A DNA stretch of 49,065 nt. It comes from a virus. The notes below the pieces were generated by a model. That model worked only from the letters and a program-made list of their open reading frames with translations. It made no database searches and was not told the origin of the DNA. A program made the position numbers and the translations under genes. The stretch lies in IMG/VR virus record IMGVR_UViG_3300023181_000012; one strand, written 5' to 3'. Shown one piece after another: positions 43,758 to 49,065 of the stretch (positions are counted from its first letter, which is position 1; each line of letters opens with the position of its first letter).

Positions 43758-43952
43758 TTACACCTTAGCTACAATGTCGAACTCGATATTGACGAAACCC
43801 AGCTTAGCCTCAATTTCGTCTTTGTTATTCATAGGTTTGAAGTCGATCGTGACTACGTTGGTGAGTTTAATTTCGACACCAGTCACTTCATCGATGGCAA
43901 AAATTTCCGTGGTCATCGGGGTGCCACCTGATACGATACGAATCTTAGACAT
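43758..43952 (-). CDS. hypothetical protein (64 aa) between terS and terL
   Basis: Tightly packed ORF. Confidence 0.55.
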   Translation of the reverse strand: MSKIRIVSGGTPMTTEIFAIDEVTGVEIKLTNVVTIDFKPMNNKDEIEAKLGFVNIEFDIVAKV

Positions 43953-43953
43953 T

Positions 43954-44628
43954 TTATTTCCTCACATCATTCTTGAGTTGGAGTTGAGAAGCTGATGCTT
44001 GTTCTTCCCACTGAACGTCGGTATATGGCATCGGAATTTCCATGACGCCACCGCGAGGCTTATCGTCTTCCGGCTCTTTCGGCTGCGGGTTGTCCATACC
44101 TTTGATTTTGGCCAGCATACCCCACGCACGAACCCGGGCGGACGAGGAACCGTCCTCACCCATATAGTTAGCTTCCCGCTTGATGCCCAGCAAAACCTCG
44201 TTGCGCGTTACGATTTGTTCTTCGTCGATCTGTTCGCTGACAATACGCAATTGCTGTTGAACATAAGCGGTGCGTAAGGATTCAGGACCACCGGTAGTTG
44301 CGTGGCTGACTGCACCGCCAGCACGAATCCATGCCATACTAGAATTGAAATCGTGTAGATATTCATAAATGAAACGATCCAGAAAGAGTTTTTTCTTCAG
44401 CGAGATATTATCTTCAGTCGCAGCGTCCGCCTTGGCTTGAGCAGCAGCATTGGTACGTTTACGACCCGGTTTGCCGGTACCGTCACTTTTCGGCAGATCG
44501 GGAAGCCCGGCCGCTTTTCTGGCAGCAAAGGCCAATCCGCCGAGTTTGCCTGCTTCTTTTGGAGTCAAGACTTTGGACTCCTTGGCAACAAAACCTTGTT
44601 CCCAAGGTCGCAGTGGGACTTCAGACAT
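43954..44628 (-). CDS. terS: terminase small subunit
   Basis: Start at MSEVPL with a GAGGG RBS. FIYEYLHDFNSSMAWIRAGG resembles Terminase_2-type small subunits. The gene lies upstream of terL. Confidence 0.65.
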   Translation of the reverse strand: MSEVPLRPWEQGFVAKESKVLTPKEAGKLGGLAFAARKAAGLPDLPKSDGTGKPGRKRTNAAAQAKADAATEDNISLKKKLFLDRFIYEYLHDFNSSMAWIRAGGAVSHATTGGPESLRTAYVQQQLRIVSEQIDEEQIVTRNEVLLGIKREANYMGEDGSSSARVRAWGMLAKIKGMDNPQPKEPEDDKPRGGVMEIPMPYTDVQWEEQASASQLQLKNDVRK

Positions 44629-44634
44629 AAAAAT

Positions 44635-44677
44635 ACCCTCGTATACAGTTGAGCTAATGTTCAAAATATACGAGGGT
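44635..44677 (-). promoter_or_regulatory. 11-bp perfect-stem hairpin overlapping the terS Shine-Dalgarno; terminator-like
   Basis: On the plus strand, accctcgtata (44635-44645) and tatacgagggt (44667-44677) are exact reverse complements. On the mRNA the 3' arm contains GAGGG and is followed by AUUUUUAUG. Confidence 0.7.
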
Positions 44678-44713
44678 GGCAGCTATTTAGCAACAGATAC
44701 TTAGTACCTATTA

Positions 44714-45022
44714 TCAAATACAGCACTTTGGGCAGTACAAATTACAAGTTTTTATGTATTGTTGAAAATACCGATTCACCCAACGATTGCCAATTTTAGT
44801 TAATCGACTAGTGGATTTTGCCACCAAACCGAACAACTTACCATCGTCATTCTGATAATAAGCATCGCGTCCATCTATGTATAAAATGTGAACATAGTTC
44901 GGTATACTTTCTACCATCAACGCATTTTCGATGTCGAATTGAACACCGTTATCATCGACAAAACCTTTAGCGCTGACATTTGAAGCAAAAAACATCAAAC
45001 CGATAAGTAGTAAGTTTTTCAT
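44714..45022 (-). CDS. secreted small protein with C-terminal Cys cluster (102 aa), low-GC moron
   Basis: The signal peptide is MKNLLLIGLMFFASNVSA. The C-terminus is CNLYCPKCCI. The start forms an ATGA overlap with the o-spanin stop. The region is clearly AT-richer than its flanks. Confidence 0.65.
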   Translation of the reverse strand: MKNLLLIGLMFFASNVSAKGFVDDNGVQFDIENALMVESIPNYVHILYIDGRDAYYQNDDGKLFGLVAKSTSRLTKIGNRWVNRYFQQYIKTCNLYCPKCCI

Positions 45023-45291
45023 TTCTTGGCATCCCGAACCCAGTTACGGATTTTTTCAATCTGACTCACGGCCTTTTGGTAAGCGAGCTTGAAAGCATCC
45101 GAATTTGCGATGATGTCATCGACAATGGCCACATTAATGAGGGCCGGTTCTTCCGGTGGTTGCAACAGCGCTTCCGGCGGATACACCTTCTCGATTCGGG
45201 TATCCGTCACCAGTTGCGGGGGCTGGACCGTTGAGCAGGCGACGCAACTCGACAGGAACAGGAGTGCTAAGAAAAGCTTGGACTTGGACAT
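45019..45291 (-). CDS. outer-membrane spanin (o-spanin, lipoprotein)
   Basis: Start at MSKSKLFLALLFLSSC (lipobox LSSC) with a GGGAG RBS. The mature part is Pro-rich. The start lies inside the 3' end of the i-spanin gene in another frame. Confidence 0.7.
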   Translation of the reverse strand: MSKSKLFLALLFLSSCVACSTVQPPQLVTDTRIEKVYPPEALLQPPEEPALINVAIVDDIIANSDAFKLAYQKAVSQIEKIRNWVRDAKK

Positions 45292-45625
45292 TTTGGGCTC
45301 CCAACGCTTTACGCGTTTCGGTTTGAGTACGAGCCAGTTTGTTGAGGCTCTGATTGTCAGCGTACATTTGCACGATCGTCGTGGAGTCAATCTCACGGAA
45401 CTTGTTGAGGGACTCGATCGTTTCTTGCTGGCTCTTGTTTGCGGTCAGAGCCGTACCGAGGTTCAGTTCGGCGGCGACCAGATTGGCTTTTGCCAGATCG
45501 CGTTCGGACTGAACATGTTGCAGATACCAACTACCCGCCCCGATTAGGGTCAACAGGAGCAGTGCTGGTATCAACCAGTGGAGCACTTTCTGTACTAACT
45601 GGGATTGAAGGAACAGGGTCAACAT
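45134..45625 (-). CDS. inner-membrane spanin (i-spanin, Rz-like)
   Basis: An N-terminal TM segment (WLIPALLLLTLIGAGSW) is followed by a coiled coil. PVPVELRRLL resembles the Rz C-terminal motif. Confidence 0.7.
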   Translation of the reverse strand: MLTLFLQSQLVQKVLHWLIPALLLLTLIGAGSWYLQHVQSERDLAKANLVAAELNLGTALTANKSQQETIESLNKFREIDSTTIVQMYADNQSLNKLARTQTETRKALGAQNVQVQAFLSTPVPVELRRLLNGPAPATGDGYPNREGVSAGSAVATTGRTGPH

Positions 45626-45929
45626 GTTCGATTCCTAACTTCTTGCGCACTGTGCGCTCAAATAAAACCATAGAAGTGGCCGCACCGAGCCACCCCAAAA
45701 CCCCTGCAATGAAACCCATCCATTCGTAAGGCACATTGGTCGCACGGCACAACATCACCGTAAGAAAGCCGATGAACCCCGACGCAAGGGTTTCTAGCAG
45801 GGAACGTGGCCAGGTTATAGCCCGGCGTTCATTGACACTACGCATAAGATGCCCCAACAGACCAGCGAAGGCCGCAAGACAACTGAATGCGAAATTGTCG
45901 AACCAGTTGTCATTTGGTGGAATGTTCAT
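45531..45929 (-). CDS. holin (three predicted TM segments)
   Basis: 132 aa with three hydrophobic segments and a charged C-terminus. It lies between the endolysin candidate and the spanins. Confidence 0.6.
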   Translation of the reverse strand: MNIPPNDNWFDNFAFSCLAAFAGLLGHLMRSVNERRAITWPRSLLETLASGFIGFLTVMLCRATNVPYEWMGFIAGVLGWLGAATSMVLFERTVRKKLGIEHVDPVPSIPVSTESAPLVDTSTAPVDPNRGG

Positions 45930-46023
45930 TCTACTTCCCTAGGCTGTTCGGACATTATTGCCCGGTTGGGCTTCTTGTAGGTGGGGAACGATTACGTGAT
46001 CCGAAGACCCCGACCCCGTTGAT

Positions 46024-46437
46024 CTAGCTAACTTCGATCCAGACTTGCTCGCCGCGGTCCAGCGCCCGGTGGATCATCTTGTCGACGATCTGGAACGCAT
46101 CGCGCGAGGAACCGACGAAGTCCTTGGCACCGGTCAAACCCGGCAGCAGGCAGCCGTCGGTATCGGCAGGGGTATTACCCGGGTGGATGCGGATGCCTTC
46201 GAAACCCGGCACCTTCAGCAAGAGCGGGAGGACTTTAGCGAAGCGTTGCGACATGGTGGCCACAATTTGATACCGGCCGCGAGGGATCGCCGTTTTGCCG
46301 TAGACCTTTCCCGAAGGATTTGTCTCTAAGTGGCGGTCGGTATCTTCCAAAATGTGGCAAAGAAAGACTCCGCCGCAGAAAAGCGAGCCGATGGTCGATT
46401 GAGACGTGAAAGTCTCGCGTTCCAGTTTGAGTTCCAT
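46024..46437 (-). CDS. DUF5675-like protein, candidate endolysin
   Basis: ETFTSQSTIGSLF...CHILED...YGKTAIPRGRY...VPGFEGIRIHPGNTPADTDGC matches the DUF5675 pattern recalled from memory. It is the first gene of the lysis cassette. Confidence 0.55.
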   Translation of the reverse strand: MELKLERETFTSQSTIGSLFCGGVFLCHILEDTDRHLETNPSGKVYGKTAIPRGRYQIVATMSQRFAKVLPLLLKVPGFEGIRIHPGNTPADTDGCLLPGLTGAKDFVGSSRDAFQIVDKMIHRALDRGEQVWIEVS

Positions 46438-46657
46438 GATATGTCCATGTAAGTAGATGGACGGAATCTATCAGATTTCGCGCAAGAAATCAAGGTATCT
46501 GTTGTACCTAAAGGTCTCACGGGAATCTAGATATTTTAACAAAAGAAGGGGAACCCCTCGTCCCGGTCCCCTATACTCCGAGCTTGTATGACGGATGGTC
46601 AACCGTCGCTCTATCGCAGAACATTACAAATCTACTCCCATGCAATGTTAGGACTAT

Positions 46658-46663
46658 TATAAT
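46658..46663 (+). promoter_or_regulatory. predicted -10 element (TATAAT) with CTCCCA at -35
   Basis: cTCCCAtgcaatgttaggactatTATAATcgag parallels TTCCCA-17 nt-TATAAT at 47578-47606. Confidence 0.4.
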
Positions 46664-46682
46664 CGAGTGAGGTGGAATGTCA

Positions 46683-46787
46683 ATGGTGATGAAGTATATT
46701 TCCGTGGAGAAAGAGTCAATGTCCAGTTTTCTGAGGATATTTTTTGCGGGGGTGGCCGCCTCTGTCCTCCCAGCAATAGGGGTATAG
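46683..46787 (+). CDS. possible small hydrophobic peptide (34 aa)
   Basis: Hand translation gives MVMKYISVEKESMSSFLRIFFAGVAASVLPAIGV*. A GAGGTGG RBS lies 8 nt upstream, and a promoter-like element lies upstream of that. Confidence 0.3.
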   Translation: MVMKYISVEKESMSSFLRIFFAGVAASVLPAIGV

Positions 46788-46841
46788 GGGGGTGGTGCCC
46801 ATAGTCAGAAACTATGGCGCCCCCGGATCGATAGTCTGGTC

Positions 46842-46982
46842 CTATCGCTTCACTTGAGTCAATAAGTCCTTATACCAGCCCATAGCCATACGATTCTTTT
46901 CTTCCTGAGCCGGGCGTAGCTTATTGGCGGCTTCGATTTCGCGGCAGCGATCGCTGAAGTTCTTGGTGGCTGGTTGATTCAT
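46842..46982 (-). CDS. hypothetical small protein (46 aa)
   Basis: Hand translation gives MNQPATKNFSDRCREIEAANKLRPAQEEKNRMAMGWYKDLLTQVKR*. An AAGGGGA RBS is present, and a consensus promoter lies directly upstream. Confidence 0.5.
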   Translation of the reverse strand: MNQPATKNFSDRCREIEAANKLRPAQEEKNRMAMGWYKDLLTQVKR

Positions 46983-47000
46983 TTTATTCCCCTTCGCTAG

Positions 47001-47021
47001 TTGATGAATCTATTATATCCC
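47001..47021 (-). promoter_or_regulatory. predicted promoter (consensus TATAATAGATTCATCA on - strand)
   Basis: The plus-strand sequence ttgatgaatctattatatccc is the reverse complement of gggaTATAATAGATTCATCAa. Confidence 0.55.
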
Positions 47022-47075
47022 ACTCTTCGTGGAGGATCAAGATAATGTTTTATATTGATCCATCCAATCCGATAG

Positions 47076-47285
47076 TCAAAGACTGAATCCGTGAATCATC
47101 CCCGGTTCGTTATGTTTAGGGAGTTCATCAGTCATGCTTATGATGGAATTAAGTTCCTCATTCGCCGAATCTTCCCATTCGCCAGATTGGATTTTCAGTT
47201 CTTCTTTGAGCTGAGCCGATCCCGCTTTGAGAGCTTTCAGGATCAGTTCCCGTTGGTATTCGCTGATTTCGATAATGTATGCCAT
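47076..47285 (-). CDS. hypothetical protein (69 aa)
   Basis: ORF with an AGGAAC-type RBS. A promoter lies upstream at 47335-47340. Confidence 0.6.
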   Translation of the reverse strand: MAYIIEISEYQRELILKALKAGSAQLKEELKIQSGEWEDSANEELNSIISMTDELPKHNEPGMIHGFSL

Positions 47286-47324
47286 GATAGTTCCTTAGTT
47301 CTGAGTGGGGATCATTTCCTGATC

Positions 47325-47343
47325 CGATGAATATATTATATAG
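47325..47343 (-). promoter_or_regulatory. predicted promoter (TATAATATATTCATC on - strand)
   Basis: The plus-strand sequence gatgaatatattatatag is the reverse complement of cTATATAATATATTCATC. Confidence 0.5.
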
Positions 47344-47370
47344 CATATTCTAGATTCATCAACAACTAAG

Positions 47371-47577
47371 TTCCTATCGATTCGCCCATATCCATAGTCT
47401 ATGCCTACCGCTCAGATCGCGCCATATGAGGCGATCGTGATGATGCCCTTATGATCCATCATCCCTAGTCCTGATCGCCTCCTAGCCCCCTTAGATCGCG
47501 TCCAAATCGATATAGTGATTCCCTATTGATTCCCTAGTCCTAATTAGATCAATGTTCCTATTTATCTCATATATCCG
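47371..47577. repeat. cluster of short direct and inverted repeats in the divergent early control region
   Basis: TCCCTAGTCCT occurs at 47462 and 47531. AGATCGCG occurs at 47414 and 47493. GATCGC-10 nt-GCGATC spans 47415-47436. TTCC(C)TAT variants occur at 47371, 47519 and 47555. Confidence 0.7.
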
Positions 47578-47616
47578 TTCCCATCCTCTAAAATCCTCTA
47601 TATAATAGATTCATCA
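47578..47616 (+). promoter_or_regulatory. predicted early promoter
   Basis: TTCCCA, then 17 nt, then TATAAT (47601-47606), followed by AGATTCATCA. Confidence 0.6.
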
Positions 47617-47657
47617 GATCAGGAACAGAATGATCTTAAACGAATAGGGGAATCAAA

Positions 47658-47897
47658 ATGATTAAGAAATTCATCGATAATGCACCTGAAGAAGAAGGTT
47701 GCCAATTGATCCTGAACGAAGAGCTCAGCCATCAAGAATTGGCCTCTATCGAAGCAGTAGATGCCAATTCCGATTATGAATCCGAGCTCTATGAAGGCGA
47801 ATTCGAATCGGCATGGATCAATTGCGATCGTGAATCGGCTGAAGCCATCAAAGCAATTCTGATCGAATCCGGCTGGATCGAAGCAAAAACTTTCTAA
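47658..47897 (+). CDS. highly acidic small protein (79 aa), first early gene
   Basis: GGGGAA RBS. A hand count gives 16 Glu plus 4 Asp against 5 Lys/Arg. Confidence 0.7.
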   Translation: MIKKFIDNAPEEEGCQLILNEELSHQELASIEAVDANSDYESELYEGEFESAWINCDRESAEAIKAILIESGWIEAKTF

Positions 47898-47920
47898 ATA
47901 CTTCGTGGCGATTCAAACAA

Positions 47921-47945
47921 GAGTCGCTATAATAGATCATCAACT
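47921..47945 (+). promoter_or_regulatory. predicted promoter (TATAAT at 47928-47933)
   Basis: gcTATAATAGATCATCAAc matches the recurring motif. Confidence 0.5.
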
Positions 47946-47961
47946 AAAGGAGAACTAAATC

Positions 47962-48840
47962 ATGAAAACCTACAAACTCAAATCCTCCGCTCAGCGCGCC
48001 GCCAAAAAAGAAATGGGCGACGATTGGGCTCAATTCGCTATCATCGTGGATATGGGCCTTGGTGAATTCGCTATCGAGCTCAAGCCAACTCCTAAAGCTC
48101 CTTCCCCTGAACTGGCGAAATCGATCCAGCTGGCGGCCGTTCTGGCAGACCAAGAAGAAGCCGAGAAGGAAAAAGCCATCAAAAAGGCCGAAATCGAATC
48201 CCGGAAGCCCGTTCATATCCCTTCACTCCCCGCCAGCATCCTCGTGGCGAAGGAATCGGCCCCGGCCCCTAAGCCTTCCCTTCCCTCCTTCCTGAAAATC
48301 GCGCCACCGGCCGAAAAGGAAGTGGCTGAATTGGCCCCACCTCCGGAAGAAATCCAGATCGATATGAGCGCCGGCGATAAAGCAGCGAACGAAGCGGTGC
48401 TCAAAGACAAACATTTCGAAGTGATGAATACCACTATCTGCCCGGACTGCGGCGGCGAAGAACTTTATAAAGGCGAAGTCAATGAATCCACGGCCGCTGT
48501 TCAATACGAAGAATTTATTATTGGCTGCCATAGCTGCGATTGGCATGTTGATCTTCGCAGCAGCGCTCCTGCTAAAACTCCTCGGCCTCGTCTTTCAACT
48601 GCTGAACTCCCAACGAAGAAAGTTTGGCATATCGCCGATGAAATGCTGGCAGCGGCTAAAGCGGCTGGCCTCCCAGCTCCGAAGCGGAAGGATGTGATAG
48701 CCGAATGCGTGGCACGCGGCATTGCTTATGGGACTTCCCGTACCCAATACCAACATTGGTTCAAGTGCCTGAATGACTCGGCAGCCACCCCAATCGCGAC
48801 GATCGGCGCCGATGGCAAAATCTCGATGCCCGGCAAATGA
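47962..48840 (+). CDS. hypothetical protein with zinc ribbon and shared VW-IAD...TQY-W module (paralog 3)
   Basis: AAGGAG RBS. It carries CPDCGG...CHSCDW. The C-terminus KKVWHIADEM...KRKDVIAECVARGIAYGTSRTQYQHWFK aligns with the two proteins at 11465-12751. Confidence 0.75.
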   Translation: MKTYKLKSSAQRAAKKEMGDDWAQFAIIVDMGLGEFAIELKPTPKAPSPELAKSIQLAAVLADQEEAEKEKAIKKAEIESRKPVHIPSLPASILVAKESAPAPKPSLPSFLKIAPPAEKEVAELAPPPEEIQIDMSAGDKAANEAVLKDKHFEVMNTTICPDCGGEELYKGEVNESTAAVQYEEFIIGCHSCDWHVDLRSSAPAKTPRPRLSTAELPTKKVWHIADEMLAAAKAAGLPAPKRKDVIAECVARGIAYGTSRTQYQHWFKCLNDSAATPIATIGADGKISMPGK

Positions 48841-48929
48841 TCCTGAACCTAGCCCTGGCAATTCACTGGGGCGCTTTGGTTTATTTCCTGAGCGCCCTTC
48901 TCAAAGACTTATGGAGCCGATGGTTCTGA
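48837..48929 (+). CDS. possible small membrane peptide (30 aa)
   Basis: Hand translation gives MILNLALAIHWGALVYFLSALLKDLWSRWF*. ATGA overlap with the upstream gene. Confidence 0.4.
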   Translation: MILNLALAIHWGALVYFLSALLKDLWSRWF

Positions 48930-48938
48930 ATGGCCACA

Positions 48939-49065
48939 TGTAACGGAGGCAATGAAATGACCTTACTCGAAATAATGCGCCACCTCAAGGCCGACGGATG
49001 GACTCTTGAGGTCCGCCGAAACTTCTATAACAATTTCGATACTCAGTTTATCGGCGCTCTGGATG
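48939..49065. repeat. 127-bp exact terminal direct repeat, copy 2
   Basis: Identical to 1-127. Confidence 0.95.
48957..49065 (+). CDS. 5' part of the junction-spanning 52-aa gene (duplicate of 19..127, truncated by window end)
   Basis: Identical to 19-127. An alternative in-frame ATG lies at 48930. Confidence 0.5.
   Translation, partial: MTLLEIMRHLKADGWTLEVRRNFYNNFDTQFIGALD

Noticed and set aside
1-49065. Search for tRNA/tmRNA genes, integrase/recombinase, CI-like repressor, transposase, reverse transcriptase (retron/DGR) and toxin-antitoxin pairs
   Set aside because: Reading the ORF set and intergenic regions turned up no T-loop-like GGTTCGAATCC-type motif, no tyrosine or serine recombinase signature and no RT YxDD motif. 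The absence is provisional, because tRNAscan and HMM searches were not run.

Overview
The window is a complete, circularly closed dsDNA tailed-phage genome. Bases 1-127 are identical to 48939-49065, so the unique length is 48,938 bp. No integrase, repressor module, tRNA, rRNA or CRISPR array was found. Spanins indicate a Gram-negative host.

Layout:
- 47.3-48.9 kb, wrapping to 0.18 kb (+ strand): early genes behind a repeat-rich control region.
- 0.17-3.6 kb (- strand): VRR-NUC nuclease, an iteron/AT-rich origin-like region, a prim-pol/helicase fusion and a small HTH protein.
- 3.7-23.3 kb (+ strand): many small early ORFs, then a recombination/replication module (Sak4-like ATPase, DUF669 SSB-like, Cas4-like exonuclease, SF2 helicase). 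This is followed by two proteins sharing a novel C-terminal module, a 7-deazaguanine DNA-modification island, a clamp-like protein and a family B DNA polymerase.
- 23.3-46.4 kb (- strand): late module with the lysis cassette, TerS/TerL, portal, scaffold, capsid, connectors, major tail protein, an SGNH-hydrolase cassette, tail assembly chaperones with a -1 frameshift, an 1801-aa tape measure and a small distal tail set.

The main candidate system is the deazaguanine island: queE, two small ORFs, queC-like, queD, folE, a MazG-like fusion and dpdA. Its QueC homolog has lost all four canonical Zn-ligand cysteines. Other leads:
- a ~50-aa C-terminal module shared by three otherwise different proteins
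- a very acidic first early protein
- a low-GC secreted Cys-rich moron in the lysis cassette
- a hairpin that sequesters the terS ribosome-binding site
- a conserved TATAATAGA-type promoter family

All functional calls come from reading motifs in the translations and from recall of the families. No searches were run.
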